Notes: a model not told the origin generated them from the sequence alone. Positions 6,542 to 17,497 are shown, numbered from the stretch's first letter. The stretch is DNA of 23,221 bases from Pseudobdellovibrionaceae bacterium (GCA_041288045.1 JBGGMM010000105.1:1-23221); one strand, 5' to 3'. Made by a program: numbers and translations.

Positions 6542-9015
6542 TCCAGCTTCCGATTGATGCTTTCCTCGATCCAATCCTAAAAGATTTCCGTGAAACGAAA
6601 AATTTGGTTCTTTCTGCAGCTCCAGGTGCCGGGAAAACCACAAGGCTTCCGCCCCGGCTTTTGGACCTCACGGAAAAAAAGATTTTGGTTTTGGAGCCTC
6701 GGAGAATTGCTGCTGTAGCTGCCAGCTCTCGCATTGCCGAGGAGCAAGGTTGGAAATTAGGAAAAGAAGTCGGCTATCAAATCCGCTTTGATTCCAATTT
6801 TTCTGATGAGACTCGCTTGTTGTTTTTAACCGAAGCTCTGCTGAACCGAAAAATTCTTGCAGACCCTGAGCTTTCCGATGTTGGCATTGTGGTTTTGGAT
6901 GAGTTTCACGAAAGGTCCATGCACGTCGATTTGGCTTTGGGTCTTCTCAAAGAACTGCAGGAGCTTTCCCGACCGGATTTGAAAATCGTCGTTATGTCAG
7001 CCACTTTGAAAGCTGAACCCATCGCTCGCTTTTTGGGTCAAGCCAGTGTTTTCCAAGTGCCGGGGCAAAGTCATCCTTTGGTCATTGAAAATCAAAAAAA
7101 AGCACAGAAGCTGCAAACAGGTCCCGATTTTATTCAAGATGTGGCGGGACAGGTGCGAATCGAAATGGGAAAACTTCAAAAAGGCGAACACCTTTTGGTT
7201 TTTCTTCCTGGAGTCGGAGAAATTGAACGTACTTTTCAGCATCTTGAAGCTTGGTCTTTGGAAAAAAAATTGAAGCTTTGCAAATTGCACGGAAATCTTT
7301 CTTTGGAAGAGCAAAAAATGGTTTTGGCCCCCAGCTCGGACAGCAAAATGATTCTCGCCACGAATATAGCTGAAAGCTCTCTGACCATCGACGGAGTTCG
7401 CGCCGTTTTGGATTCGGGCCTCCAACGAAGATCCTCTTTGCATGCTAAAACTGGATTCCCGCAACTCGAGGTTGCTCGAATTTCAAAAGCTTCAGCCGTG
7501 CAAAGAGCCGGACGAGCGGCTCGTCAGGCGCCCGGTCGCTGCTTTCGCTTATGGAGCAGTATGGACGAGCTCTCCATGCCAGATGAAGAAACGGCCGAAA
7601 TTCTTCGTTCGGATTTGGCCGAGCCCTTGCTTTTTCTTTCCAGCCAGGGAGTCAGAGATTTTTCTGGATTTTCGTGGTTTGAGATTCCCTCTTTGGATCA
7701 GATGCAGAAATCAGCCAAACATTTGCGAGTTTTGGGAGCTCTGAGCAAAGAGCATGAGCTCACTGAGCTTGGCAATCAACTCTTACGGCTTCCCCTTCCT
7801 CCTCGCTTAGGAAAATTGCTTTTAAAATTTCATGAAAAAGGATTTCTGCAAACTGGAGCTGCCATCGCCGCTCTGCTTTTGGAAAAAGACATTGTCGGAA
7901 AGAAATCTTATGAAACGCAGCTTGAATGTGATCTGCTCTTGCGACTGGATTTACTTTCTCGAGGTTCATTTCGAAACGTCGAAAGAGCAAGGGATCAGCT
8001 GATCAGGCTTTTTCCGAAATCACCAGCCAAAGAAGCTTCCGCTGAAGAGATCCGAAAAATTCTTTTAGAGGTTTTTTACGACCAAATTTGCCGGCGGCGA
8101 AAGTCCCATGAGCCGCGGGCAGTGATGATCGGCGGTCGTGGCGTTTCCCTCGAAGCCTCTTCGCAAGTGCGCGAATCTGAATTTTTCTTGGCCTTGCAAG
8201 TGATGGAGGGACTCTCCAGTTCAGAAACCCGAGTGAGCTTGGCCTGTGGAATTTCAAAAAACTGGTTGAATGACCTAAAAGATGGAATCGTTGAAAATAA
8301 AAGCTGGATAGAATTCGATGAATCTTCTCAGAGATTCCTAAAGTTCACAGCTCAAAGTCTGACATTACCCGAAATCGGCTCATTGCCCTTGGCTGATGTC
8401 AGAAGCCAGCCCGCCAAAGCCGATGAAATTCAAGATGCCTTGGGTCCCATCGCTTTTGAAAACAGATCTCAAATTTTTGAAAAAAATGAAAAGCTGAAAT
8501 CCTGGTGGCAAAGATACTTGGTTTTTTTGAAAATTTCGGGTGAAGAGGGGTATTCAGACGAAGTTTTGAAGGAAATTTTCGTTGAAGCCAGCTTCGGCGA
8601 AATTTCTCTTTCAAAACTTTTTGAAAAAGATCTGGTCTATTTTTTCGAATCCAAACTTTCAATCGAAACAAAATCAAAGCTTCAATCCGATTTTCCTGAA
8701 TATTTGCAGGTTCCCAGTGGTTCGAGAATCCGGCTGGATTATTCGGGACCGAACCCGACTCTCGAAGTCCGACTTCAAGAGGTTTTTGGCTGGAGTGAAA
8801 CCCCGAAAATTGCTGGTGGAAAACTGGCTTTGACCTTGGTGCTTTTGGGTCCCAATTACCGACCGGTGCAAGTGACACAGGATCTGGCAAGTTTCTGGAA
8901 AAACGGTTATCCAGAAGTCCGAAAAGAAATGCGCTCACGCTACCCCAAACACAGCTGGCCGGATGATCCCCTCAATGCTCAAGCTGTGGCTAAAGGCCGA
9001 CCCACAAAAACTTAA
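6538..9015 (+). CDS. hrpB: ATP-dependent RNA helicase HrpB
   Basis: [39 protein letters not shown], and HrpB C-terminus [33 protein letters not shown]. Confidence 0.95.
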   Translation: MIQLPIDAFLDPILKDFRETKNLVLSAAPGAGKTTRLPPRLLDLTEKKILVLEPRRIAAVAASSRIAEEQGWKLGKEVGYQIRFDSNFSDETRLLFLTEALLNRKILADPELSDVGIVVLDEFHERSMHVDLALGLLKELQELSRPDLKIVVMSATLKAEPIARFLGQASVFQVPGQSHPLVIENQKKAQKLQTGPDFIQDVAGQVRIEMGKLQKGEHLLVFLPGVGEIERTFQHLEAWSLEKKLKLCKLHGNLSLEEQKMVLAPSSDSKMILATNIAESSLTIDGVRAVLDSGLQRRSSLHAKTGFPQLEVARISKASAVQRAGRAARQAPGRCFRLWSSMDELSMPDEETAEILRSDLAEPLLFLSSQGVRDFSGFSWFEIPSLDQMQKSAKHLRVLGALSKEHELTELGNQLLRLPLPPRLGKLLLKFHEKGFLQTGAAIAALLLEKDIVGKKSYETQLECDLLLRLDLLSRGSFRNVERARDQLIRLFPKSPAKEASAEEIRKILLEVFYDQICRRRKSHEPRAVMIGGRGVSLEASSQVRESEFFLALQVMEGLSSSETRVSLACGISKNWLNDLKDGIVENKSWIEFDESSQRFLKFTAQSLTLPEIGSLPLADVRSQPAKADEIQDALGPIAFENRSQIFEKNEKLKSWWQRYLVFLKISGEEGYSDEVLKEIFVEASFGEISLSKLFEKDLVYFFESKLSIETKSKLQSDFPEYLQVPSGSRIRLDYSGPNPTLEVRLQEVFGWSETPKIAGGKLALTLVLLGPNYRPVQVTQDLASFWKNGYPEVRKEMRSRYPKHSWPDDPLNAQAVAKGRPTKT

Positions 9016-9524
9016 ATTGAATTTTTTGACTGAAAAATTTCGGCTTTGGGTCCGATGATCACGGAGCCTGCCGCCACATCTTTGGTGACAACGGCATTGG
9101 CGCCGATTTTAGATCCATCACCCAAATGGATGGGCCCCAAAATTTTTGCCCCTGTCCCAATCAGAACCTTGTTGCCAACAGTGGGATGTCGTTTGGTCGG
9201 ATCAAATTTCACACCGCCTAAGGTCACCCCATGGAAAATCACGCAGTCGTCGCCGATTTCAGCGGTTTCTCCAATCACAACACCCATTCCATGATCGATG
9301 ACCAGTCGACTGCCAATGCGGGCTCCCGGATGGATTTCAATGCCTGTTAAAAAACGTGAAAACTCAGAAACCAATCGGGAAAGAAAAAAGAAATTCATTT
9401 GATAAAGAGAATGGGCCAGTCGATGAAAGAATATTGCCTTTGGGCCCGGGTAAAGAAGTGCGATTTCGACCAGGGATTTCGCAGCAGGATCATAGTTTTT
9501 ATAAGCAATTAAAAAATCAAGCAT
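9012..9524 (-). CDS. cysE: Serine O-acetyltransferase (short CysE/EpsC type)
   Basis: [42 protein letters not shown] and hexapeptide repeats. Start placed at ATG 9524 (TGATG overlap with the upstream stop). Confidence 0.92.
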   Translation of the reverse strand: MLDFLIAYKNYDPAAKSLVEIALLYPGPKAIFFHRLAHSLYQMNFFFLSRLVSEFSRFLTGIEIHPGARIGSRLVIDHGMGVVIGETAEIGDDCVIFHGVTLGGVKFDPTKRHPTVGNKVLIGTGAKILGPIHLGDGSKIGANAVVTKDVAAGSVIIGPKAEIFQSKNSI

Positions 9525-10123
9525 CACTTCACCTGGACAGTCTCGCAAAAGAGCTGGCTCTGTTGACTATCTGTGAATGTCACTTGAGTCACCTGTTTGT
9601 CCAAAGAAAAGAAAAAAGTTCCCCCCAAAACTGACAAGTGCCTGTTCCGGGTGGTGTTGACTTCGATTCCCTTTTTCTTTCCTTCACCTAGAAGGAAGGA
9701 TTTGATGTCCATGTATTTGTTGCAGCCAGCCCCCCAAACCTCGCCTTCCAATTTGCGTTTTCGGGCCCGAGAAATAAAAAAGACCTGCATCTTGCTTTCA
9801 TCACTGAGTTCCGGAATTTCAAAAAAAACTCGAAACGTGCCTTTGGTGTCTTTAACGAATTTTGAAAGATCAATTTCGCCACCACCTCGAGGCAGTCGGA
9901 TTTCAATTTCAGGCTCAATGAGAACGCCTGAAGTCTTTTCCACAAGTCGAACTGCAAGAGGCGCAAAAGTGATGTTGTCTTTTCCAGAAACATTGCCTAA
10001 CAGGTTCCAAATCTGCACTGGGATCCTGACATCCGATCCCATTTCTGTGAATTCATAGACCCGCGCCACAGCGGCTTCAGAAAAAATAAGGAACAGAAGA
10101 AAATGGATGAAATTAGTCCTCAT
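9524..10123 (-). CDS. Hypothetical exported protein
   Basis: 199-aa ORF coupled to both neighbours; N-terminal signal peptide (..[13 protein letters not shown]); two Cys residues; no family recognised. Confidence 0.75.
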   Translation of the reverse strand: MRTNFIHFLLFLIFSEAAVARVYEFTEMGSDVRIPVQIWNLLGNVSGKDNITFAPLAVRLVEKTSGVLIEPEIEIRLPRGGGEIDLSKFVKDTKGTFRVFFEIPELSDESKMQVFFISRARKRKLEGEVWGAGCNKYMDIKSFLLGEGKKKGIEVNTTRNRHLSVLGGTFFFSLDKQVTQVTFTDSQQSQLFCETVQVK

Positions 10124-11828
10124 CGATTTTTTCCTTTAATTCCAAAAAAGGTCGATAATTGCTGGATATCAAAAGTCCCTGTTTTAATGAAACACGAGCT
10201 GCTTCTTTTTGCCCGCTTTCAAGCGCGACTTCGCTCAAGCCCGCAAAGGCCGCCAAGTTCTTAGGATCATTTTGTTGAATTGCTTTCCAGGAATTTTCAG
10301 CACAGGCGAAATCTTTTTCATCCACACAAATATGGGCTTTCACTATGCGAGAGAGATCATTATCAATCGCACCAGGCAGACTGAGTATGGCTTTCGCTTC
10401 CTTTTTTCGATCTGCTTTGTAGAAAAAGAAAGCTTGCTGGCCTGTGAGAATTTTATCATTACTAAATTGATTGCGCGCTTTTTCGATTTTATCTGAAGCA
10501 GATTTTAAATCCTTCTTCTGATAACTGCAGAAAGCCGAGAGACCTATTGTAGACGCAGATCCCGGGCTCTGCTGAACCAATATATCGCAGATATTTCCAA
10601 GGTAGGTCCATTCAACAACTTCGCGATGAACCATAAAATCCTGGACATGCAGAGCTGTCAGGTCGGGATCCTGCTCAAGAAGATTTTTAATTGTATCAGC
10701 AGCATCTAAATCCTGTTTCATCTTTTTTTGAATAGCGGCAAGCAAAAAGAGCATTTCCAAACGGTAACTTTGATTTTGGGCCAAAAGTCTTTTCAAATCT
10801 GCTTTGGCACTTTCGAGCTTGATTGGGTCTTCAACCACCCTGTAAGTCATCAGCAAGCGGAAGAGGATGATGAGAGGGTCCTTGAACCCAGATTGAATCA
10901 ACAGAGTCAATTCTTTGAAGGCCTCTTGAAATTGGCCTTGAAGAATTGAAATTTGAACCAAATTGATTTGTGCAGCTTCATTGGTCGGTTCTTTTTTGAT
11001 GATTTCAGAATATCTTCTTTGTGCTTCATCCAGGCGCCCTTCGCGCAGATAGGAAAGTGCCAGTTGCTTTTCGACTTCTGATTTTGATTTTTCATTGAGA
11101 TCCGGAAGGCTTTGCAGAACTTCTAACATCTGCCGAGCTTGCACATTCTGATTTTCAACAACCATCAAGAGAGGAATCATCTGAATTTGATGGGCAACAT
11201 CTAAGTGTTTAAAAGATTCGGCCCGGCGAAAGAATTCCAACGATTTTTCAAAATTTCCGATCGCTCTGTTGGATTTTGCCAAGAAAATGTAATCATCATA
11301 GCCAAGAATCTTTGTTGAATCTCGGCCAGAAAGAAATTGGTAAGCCCATAACCCCAAAAGTGCGACTAAAATCGTCAGCCAAATGGCCAAAGCTGTATGC
11401 TTTTTCTCGGGAGCCATATCACGTTTGATTCTGGGATCCTGGCTAGAGGCAAAAGCAGGTGGAGCTGCAGATTTATTTGGCTTTGCCTCAATGGCAGGTC
11501 GGGTTTCAAGAACTTCGGCCATGACCAAAGTCACCGGCGTGAGAGTGGCTTCTTCAGGGCCTTCGGTGATCGTTTCAGTGCCGATAAATGTGGATCCAGT
11601 GTCTTCTTTTCCTTGCGGAGAATGATTCTTTAAATCCTGAATGACATCAGAAAATTGAGTTTGTTCTCGAATAAAACTCCAGCGGTTTTCAGGTGAGCGA
11701 ATCTCATCGATCAATGTGAGCTTTCGGGATTTCAGATCAAGTGCGATTTCCGCTTTTGAAAAAGGACCTGAAATCACGGCACCGGATTTCACGATCCATT
11801 TTTTGTCATTTGCGGAAGAATTCGTCAT
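10113..11828 (-). CDS. Single-pass membrane protein with N-terminal GYF_2-like domain and C-terminal TPR repeats
   Basis: N-terminus WIVKSGAVISGPFSKAEI...RW (GYF_2-like GPF motif); TM ALAIWLTILVALLGLWAY; TPR-like units LALSYLREGRLDEAQRRY and AFAGLSEVALESGQKEAA. Confidence 0.8.
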   Translation of the reverse strand: MTNSSANDKKWIVKSGAVISGPFSKAEIALDLKSRKLTLIDEIRSPENRWSFIREQTQFSDVIQDLKNHSPQGKEDTGSTFIGTETITEGPEEATLTPVTLVMAEVLETRPAIEAKPNKSAAPPAFASSQDPRIKRDMAPEKKHTALAIWLTILVALLGLWAYQFLSGRDSTKILGYDDYIFLAKSNRAIGNFEKSLEFFRRAESFKHLDVAHQIQMIPLLMVVENQNVQARQMLEVLQSLPDLNEKSKSEVEKQLALSYLREGRLDEAQRRYSEIIKKEPTNEAAQINLVQISILQGQFQEAFKELTLLIQSGFKDPLIILFRLLMTYRVVEDPIKLESAKADLKRLLAQNQSYRLEMLFLLAAIQKKMKQDLDAADTIKNLLEQDPDLTALHVQDFMVHREVVEWTYLGNICDILVQQSPGSASTIGLSAFCSYQKKDLKSASDKIEKARNQFSNDKILTGQQAFFFYKADRKKEAKAILSLPGAIDNDLSRIVKAHICVDEKDFACAENSWKAIQQNDPKNLAAFAGLSEVALESGQKEAARVSLKQGLLISSNYRPFLELKEKIDED

Positions 11829-11834
11829 ACACCC

Positions 11835-13346
11835 TCAATGCTTAAAATGTCTTTGTCCCGTCATGACCATGTTGATTTTCAACTCTTGAGCCCGCCGAAA
11901 GACCTCTTCGTCTTTGACCGAACCGCCAGGCTGTAGGATCCAGCGGATTCCTGCCTGTGCCGCAATTTCAACAGAATCTGGAAAGGGAAAAAATGCATCG
12001 CTGATCAGCACAGCCTCTTGAAGAGAACCAAAATGGGTTTTCATTCTTTCCAGCGCCTGGTGAACAGCATCAATTCGATTGACCTGTCCCATTCCAAGTC
12101 CCACCGACTGGCCGTTTTTGACAACGGCAATGGCATTGCTTTTCAAAGTGGCACAAACTTTTTCACCAAACTGCAAATCCCTCAACACAGCACTTGATGG
12201 TTTTTCACCTTTGAACTGCCATTCTGAAGTTTCAGTTTTGACCTGATCTTTATTTTGAAGCAAAAAACCACCGGCCACAGTTTTCATTTCAAAGCTCGTC
12301 TGCTTTTGCGACAGTCCAGCCCATTTCAAAATACGAAGATTTTTCTTTTTAGCGAAGATTTCAAGAGCTTCCGCAGTGAAAGATGGGGCAACAATGCATT
12401 CGAGAAAGAGAGAGTGCAGAGCTTCTGCGGATTTTTTGCCGATTTCCCGATTGGTGGCGATGATTCCGCCAAAAACACTGATGGGATCGGCTTTGAGAGC
12501 TTTTTCAACAGCATCGTCAATGCTCTCGGCAATGGCTGCTCCGCAAGGGTTGTTGTGTTTCACTGCGACAGCTGCTGGCTCCGAAAACATTTGAACCAAT
12601 GAGCTCGCTGCATCCAGGTCCAGCAGGTTGTTGTAGGATAAGGTCTTTCCCTGAATGATTTCAGAAGAGTGAAGCCCATTTTGGTTCGCCAGCAATCGGT
12701 ACCAGGTTGCTGACTGCTGTGGATTTTCACCATAGCGAAGATCCATCACTTTGTGTCCGCCCAATGAAAAATTCTCTCCCCAACCATTTCCCAATTCCGA
12801 GGCCACGAGCGAATCATAAGCTGAACAGTGGGCAAAGACCTTGGCAGCAAATTTCTTTCGATCTTCTAAAGTGGTTTCACCTTTGGCCAAAACCGTCGGG
12901 TAATCCTGAGGGTCGCAAAGAACAGTGACCTGAGAGAAATTTTTTGCTGAAGCTCTCAAGACAGTGGGTCCGCCGATATCGATTTTTTCAATCAACTCAG
13001 CTCCCTGGTATTTCTTTTCGACTGCTTGTTCAAAAGGATAGAGGTTGCAGACAACCAGATCAAAAGGAGCTAGGCCCCTTTCTTTCAGAAGCTCAAAATC
13101 TTCGGGGTGATCCCCCCTTGCCAGGATGGCCATATGCACGTGGGGATGCAAGGTTTTAACTCTTCCCCCCATGACCTCTGGAAATCCAGTCTGCTCTGAA
13201 ATGTCGACGACTTTCATGCCGTTGTCCTTCAGAAACTGAGCGGTGCCGCCCGTTGATACGATTCGAAGACCCTGTTGATAAAGTGGCTTGAGAAATTCAA
13301 TCAAGCCGGCTTTATCGGAAACGCTGACCAATGCATTTTTGAACAT
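11835..13346 (-). CDS. purH: Bifunctional AICAR transformylase/IMP cyclohydrolase
   Basis: ALVSVSDK, STGGTA, GRVKTLHP, IDIGGP, LRYGENPQQ, KHNNPCG, SDAFFPF, QPGGSVKD, RHFKH. Confidence 0.97.
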   Translation of the reverse strand: MFKNALVSVSDKAGLIEFLKPLYQQGLRIVSTGGTAQFLKDNGMKVVDISEQTGFPEVMGGRVKTLHPHVHMAILARGDHPEDFELLKERGLAPFDLVVCNLYPFEQAVEKKYQGAELIEKIDIGGPTVLRASAKNFSQVTVLCDPQDYPTVLAKGETTLEDRKKFAAKVFAHCSAYDSLVASELGNGWGENFSLGGHKVMDLRYGENPQQSATWYRLLANQNGLHSSEIIQGKTLSYNNLLDLDAASSLVQMFSEPAAVAVKHNNPCGAAIAESIDDAVEKALKADPISVFGGIIATNREIGKKSAEALHSLFLECIVAPSFTAEALEIFAKKKNLRILKWAGLSQKQTSFEMKTVAGGFLLQNKDQVKTETSEWQFKGEKPSSAVLRDLQFGEKVCATLKSNAIAVVKNGQSVGLGMGQVNRIDAVHQALERMKTHFGSLQEAVLISDAFFPFPDSVEIAAQAGIRWILQPGGSVKDEEVFRRAQELKINMVMTGQRHFKH

Positions 13347-13356
13347 ATGAAAACCC

Positions 13357-14739
13357 TTAGTTACCGAGTGGAACTTTCGTCATTAAGAGTTTTAAATCAT
13401 CATTGGTGAGCAGAAGTCCAGCACCAAGATAATTCGATCGTTTGTTTTGATTGTTAAATGCATCTTGAATTCCACCCAAAAGATAGATGCCCTTCCAGAT
13501 GCTGTACTGAATTTGTGCTCTCACGTTGAGATCCGTGAATTCAAAGAAGTCCATGGAGAGCTTCAGCTTATCGCGGTAGAGCAAGTAGTCAAAGCCAATG
13601 CCGCCGCTGCTCTCCAAAATTCCCCCACGGACGGTGAGATCCCAGAAAGTCTTGGCGAAAAGGACATTGAACTTCACTCGGTTCTTATAAGTGATCACTC
13701 GATTTTCAGTGCTGATTTGACCATTGGTGATTGTCACTTGATCTTCTTCTTCAACCACACCGGTTGGATCATCAACAATGCCTAAATAATAGTATCGATC
13801 CAAACCTGGCTGAAGCTTGACACCAACCGTTGTTTTGACCAATCCCAAATCACCCAAGTATTCAGAGTGAAAATCGAGCCCAGTCTGAGTCTTCCCAGCT
13901 GTATCCAAGAAAGAATTCACTCCTTCGATGGCTGTGTTCAACTCTTCGACAGTGTCTTCGTCGTTGATCAAGCGACCGATGGTTCCTTCACCGCGGTTGA
14001 CGCGACCAGTGATCTCATCGATGTTTTTCATTGCTGAATCCAAGCGGGTCATTGTGCGCTTCAATTGAACTTTCAAAGAATCTTCACCAGCATCGTTGAG
14101 GATTTCATCCAAAGATTTCGTGACTCGGTCCACTTGGTTGACGATGGAGTTGATTTTTCCCTTATTGGTGTTTGTGATATCAGCAATATCTTCAGTGAGC
14201 CGCTCGATGTTAGAGACAATGCGGCCTAAGACATGCTTGCGAGTGCCATCATTGGTGGTGGCCTCTCGCAAAGCTTCTGAAGTTTCCTTTAAAGATGAAG
14301 CCAGATCACCAATCGATGCCACCACATTGTCCAAAGATCCCTTGTCACGAACATTGAGGATTTGACTCCCTTGAGGCAATGGCGGGTCCGTCGGAGAACC
14401 AGGCATGATATTCACGTGCTTATCCCCAAGAACACCCTGGGAACGAACTTCGGCAGATGCTGAAACATAGAGCTGAAAATCCGGTTTCAAAGAAAGGTCG
14501 ATTCGAGCCAGCCCATCTTGCAAAGAGATTTTTTTAATAATACCGACGGGGATCCCGGCGGATTTGACCTGACTGCCTTTCACAAGACCATTGGCATCGG
14601 TGAGCAAAAACCAGGCTTCATTTGTTCTGCCAAAATAGGATGGATCATCGCTTACTTGCATAGACATGTAAGCAATGAGAGCCGCCACCGTCACAACGAG
14701 GAGGCCAACTTTTAACTCTGCAGCCCGAAGCAGATTCAT
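13357..14739 (-). CDS. mlaD: Long MCE/MlaD-family protein with helical stalk and C-terminal beta-rich domain
   Basis: N-terminal TM; MCE domain (ANGLVKGSQVKSAGIPVG, SQGVLGDKHVNIMPG); helical region with GEGTIGRLIND; about 175 aa of amphipathic strands at the C-terminus. Confidence 0.88.
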   Translation of the reverse strand: MNLLRAAELKVGLLVVTVAALIAYMSMQVSDDPSYFGRTNEAWFLLTDANGLVKGSQVKSAGIPVGIIKKISLQDGLARIDLSLKPDFQLYVSASAEVRSQGVLGDKHVNIMPGSPTDPPLPQGSQILNVRDKGSLDNVVASIGDLASSLKETSEALREATTNDGTRKHVLGRIVSNIERLTEDIADITNTNKGKINSIVNQVDRVTKSLDEILNDAGEDSLKVQLKRTMTRLDSAMKNIDEITGRVNRGEGTIGRLINDEDTVEELNTAIEGVNSFLDTAGKTQTGLDFHSEYLGDLGLVKTTVGVKLQPGLDRYYYLGIVDDPTGVVEEEDQVTITNGQISTENRVITYKNRVKFNVLFAKTFWDLTVRGGILESSGGIGFDYLLYRDKLKLSMDFFEFTDLNVRAQIQYSIWKGIYLLGGIQDAFNNQNKRSNYLGAGLLLTNDDLKLLMTKVPLGN

Positions 14740-15518
14740 CGACGTTTCATTCCTTTGGCTACAAACTTCTTCACCAATTCGATTTCAGTGTTAAAGAAAT
14801 CTTCTGGAGTTCCAAACAACAAAACCTGTCCCGCATTCAGCATCGCCACATAGTCAGCGATTCGAAATGCAGCATCCAAGTCGTGAGAAACCATGATAGA
14901 GGTCATGCCTTCTCGCAGTTTATGGGTCTCCAGTATCAGATTATCTACCATTTCGGTTAAAATTGGATCTAATCCCGTGGTCGGTTCATCGTAAAAGATG
15001 ATTTCTGGATCTAGGGCGAGAGCTCGAGCAAGACCTGTTCTTTTCTGCATTCCACCCGAAATTTGAGAGGGCAATTTGTTAAAATGTTTTTCATCTAGAC
15101 CGACTTGTTTTAGCTTTGTTGTCGCAATCTGAATCACTTTCTCTTCGGGCATTTCACGGCGATGTTCAAACAGCGGAAAGCAGACATTTTCAAGCACTGT
15201 CATATCATCAAACAGGGCCGCCCCTTGAAACAAAACCCCGAACTTCTGGCGAAAAATCGTGAGCTCATCATCGCTTAGCTCAGTGATGTCCTGACCTAAG
15301 ACCTCAATTTTTCCCGACGTAGGTCGATACAGACCTAAGATATGCTTCAGCATCACTGACTTTCCAGTTCCAGAAAATCCAATGATGGCGGTCAAACTGC
15401 CTTTCGGGATTGAAAGGTTCATTCCATTGACGACAAATTCTTTGCCATCAAAAGTTTTTTTCACATCGGTCAGGAGAATCGCGGGTTCTGCTGGAGGTTT
15501 GACTTCTTCCGACGTCAT
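14736..15518 (-). CDS. mlaF: Mla/MCE ABC transporter ATPase
   Basis: GFSGTGKS, LFQGAALFD, ISGGMQKRTGLARALALDP, YDEPTTGLDP. Confidence 0.92.
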   Translation of the reverse strand: MTSEEVKPPAEPAILLTDVKKTFDGKEFVVNGMNLSIPKGSLTAIIGFSGTGKSVMLKHILGLYRPTSGKIEVLGQDITELSDDELTIFRQKFGVLFQGAALFDDMTVLENVCFPLFEHRREMPEEKVIQIATTKLKQVGLDEKHFNKLPSQISGGMQKRTGLARALALDPEIIFYDEPTTGLDPILTEMVDNLILETHKLREGMTSIMVSHDLDAAFRIADYVAMLNAGQVLLFGTPEDFFNTEIELVKKFVAKGMKRR

Positions 15519-16342
15519 TGTGGAATCCCAGTCAGACTGTAAAAAGAACGAATGAAAACATTGGTCAGAAAGTAATCCAGAATAATGATCATGACCATGG
15601 AAGCGACAACACCTTTATTGGTGGCATCGCCGACTCCCTTCGCTCCGCCTGTGGTGTTAAATCCGCGGTAAGTGCAAATCAAAGCAAAGAAGCCGCCGAA
15701 GATCGCCGATTTAAAAAGTCCTTCGTTGATATGTCGGATGGCGATCATTTGATTCACTCGGTCCCAAAAGACCGCTTCATCCAAATCCACCAGCTTCACA
15801 CACAAAATGTAAGCCCCCAGCATGGCGACGAAATCAAAAATCGCAGTCAAAAGTGGCATACAAATCACTGCCGCATAAATTCTTGGCGCAATCAGGTATT
15901 GCTTCGTGTTCACGCCCATCACATCCAAAGCGTCAATTTGTTCATTGACTCGCATGGTGCCCAATCGAGCGGCCATAGCTCCGCCCGCTCTGGCGGCCAC
16001 GATCAACCCCGTCAGCACAGGGCCCAATTCACGAGTGATCCCCAGGGCGACAGTGGGACCAACCATATTCACAGCATTGAAAAGCTTAAATCCCAGATAC
16101 AGCTGAAACGAAAGGGCCAGTCCCGTAAAAAGCGCTGTCAAAGCCACAATGAAAACGGATTGGTTGCCGACAAATTCCATGTGCTTGATGATTTCTGTAT
16201 ATCGATAGGGCTTGGTGAAGCTGAGACGAATAGAGGTGATCCCGAACAGAACAATATCTCCCAGTTCGCGGACAAAGGCGGTTGCCGGAACTGCAATGGA
16301 TTCCCACAACTCGTCCATGCGGCGGCTTGTTTTTTCAATCAT
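15515..16342 (-). CDS. mlaE: Mla/MCE ABC transporter permease
   Basis: RELGPVLTGLIVAARAGGAMAARLGTMRVNEQIDALDVMG and GGAKGVGDATNKGVV. Confidence 0.94.
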   Translation of the reverse strand: MIEKTSRRMDELWESIAVPATAFVRELGDIVLFGITSIRLSFTKPYRYTEIIKHMEFVGNQSVFIVALTALFTGLALSFQLYLGFKLFNAVNMVGPTVALGITRELGPVLTGLIVAARAGGAMAARLGTMRVNEQIDALDVMGVNTKQYLIAPRIYAAVICMPLLTAIFDFVAMLGAYILCVKLVDLDEAVFWDRVNQMIAIRHINEGLFKSAIFGGFFALICTYRGFNTTGGAKGVGDATNKGVVASMVMIIILDYFLTNVFIRSFYSLTGIPQ

Positions 16343-17487
16343 ACATCCACCTCACGGGGCACTCTTTCGCCCACACTGGTTAAAATTTCCCAAGAGATCG
16401 TTTGCGCTTTCAAGGCCAGTTCATTCGCTGAAATGGCATGGCCCGATTCATCAGCTCCAAACAGAGTGACGGATTCTGGCTTGAGATTTTCAGCGATTTC
16501 ATTTTTCAGTGTCTTTGTGACATCGATCATCAGATAGTCCATGCAGACATTACCAACCAAAGGGACTTTTTGGCCGCGGAAAAGCAATTCGCCTCGATTG
16601 GAGAGCATGCGATGGTATCCATCTGCATAGCCAATCGGCACAACTGCAACAACTGAATCCTGAGGAGCCTTCCAGGTTGTGTTGTAGGAAACGCCTTCAC
16701 CTTTTCGGACGAAATGATATTTCACAGTTTCAGATCTGAGGCTCATCACTGGTTTTAAATCCAGATTTGTTGGAACGGGCGCCAATCCATAAACCGCCAA
16801 TCCCGGGCGCACTCCTTGATGAGGCGAAATCCCATGCGGAAGCTTTTGATTTTGGTGCTTGAGGAAATTCAAAAGCCCGGCGGAATTCAAAGTGTGTGAA
16901 ACAATCCGGTGGGATTGAAATGCTTTTTCCACTTCTTGAAATTCGCGCAATTGATCAAAGCTTGAGCCATTCAGAAGGTTGGCGTCCTCTCCAGTGTGCA
17001 AATGAGTGAGAATACCTTTGAGTTTTAAATGTGAGGTTCCGGCAAAGTAGCCCGAAAGCCGATCGAGATCTTTAAGGGAAAAACCCAGCCTGTGCATTCC
17101 AGTGTCAAATTTCAAATGCACATCCACATCTTTTTTCGCTGCGGATTCAAGGGCTCGAATCTGGTCCCAAGTGCTGAGAACCGGAGTTAGATTGTACTCC
17201 AAAACTGCTTTGGCGCCTTTCTCATCACAAGTTCCAAAAAAGAGAAGCTGAGTCCGAATCCCCATTTCTCGAAGCAGAATACCCTCTTCAATCAGCCCTA
17301 CGCCGAGAACTTGGACGCCTTCACTTTCTAACTTTTTAGAGATTTCAACGTCCCCGTGCCCATAGCCATTGGCTTTGACCATGGGACAGAAAAAGGGATT
17401 GGCAGGCCCCAAAGCTTGGCGCAGCTCACGCACATTGTGAGCCAAATGGTCCAAATGAATGAGAGCTCGGGTTGAGCGAAAACGCAC
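16339..17487 (-). CDS. alr: Alanine racemase
   Basis: PLP-lysine motif MVKANGYGHG, HLKFDTGMHRLG, GVSY, GYADG, VCMD. Start reassigned to GTG 17487, which follows a GAGGAAGGA SD. Confidence 0.95.
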   Translation of the reverse strand: MRFRSTRALIHLDHLAHNVRELRQALGPANPFFCPMVKANGYGHGDVEISKKLESEGVQVLGVGLIEEGILLREMGIRTQLLFFGTCDEKGAKAVLEYNLTPVLSTWDQIRALESAAKKDVDVHLKFDTGMHRLGFSLKDLDRLSGYFAGTSHLKLKGILTHLHTGEDANLLNGSSFDQLREFQEVEKAFQSHRIVSHTLNSAGLLNFLKHQNQKLPHGISPHQGVRPGLAVYGLAPVPTNLDLKPVMSLRSETVKYHFVRKGEGVSYNTTWKAPQDSVVAVVPIGYADGYHRMLSNRGELLFRGQKVPLVGNVCMDYLMIDVTKTLKNEIAENLKPESVTLFGADESGHAISANELALKAQTISWEILTSVGERVPREVDV

Positions 17488-17497
17488 AGTTCCTTCC

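Noticed and set aside
15518..16537. 339-aa + strand ORF
   Set aside because: It lies antisense to mlaE and alr, has no recognisable motifs, and is most likely a shadow ORF.
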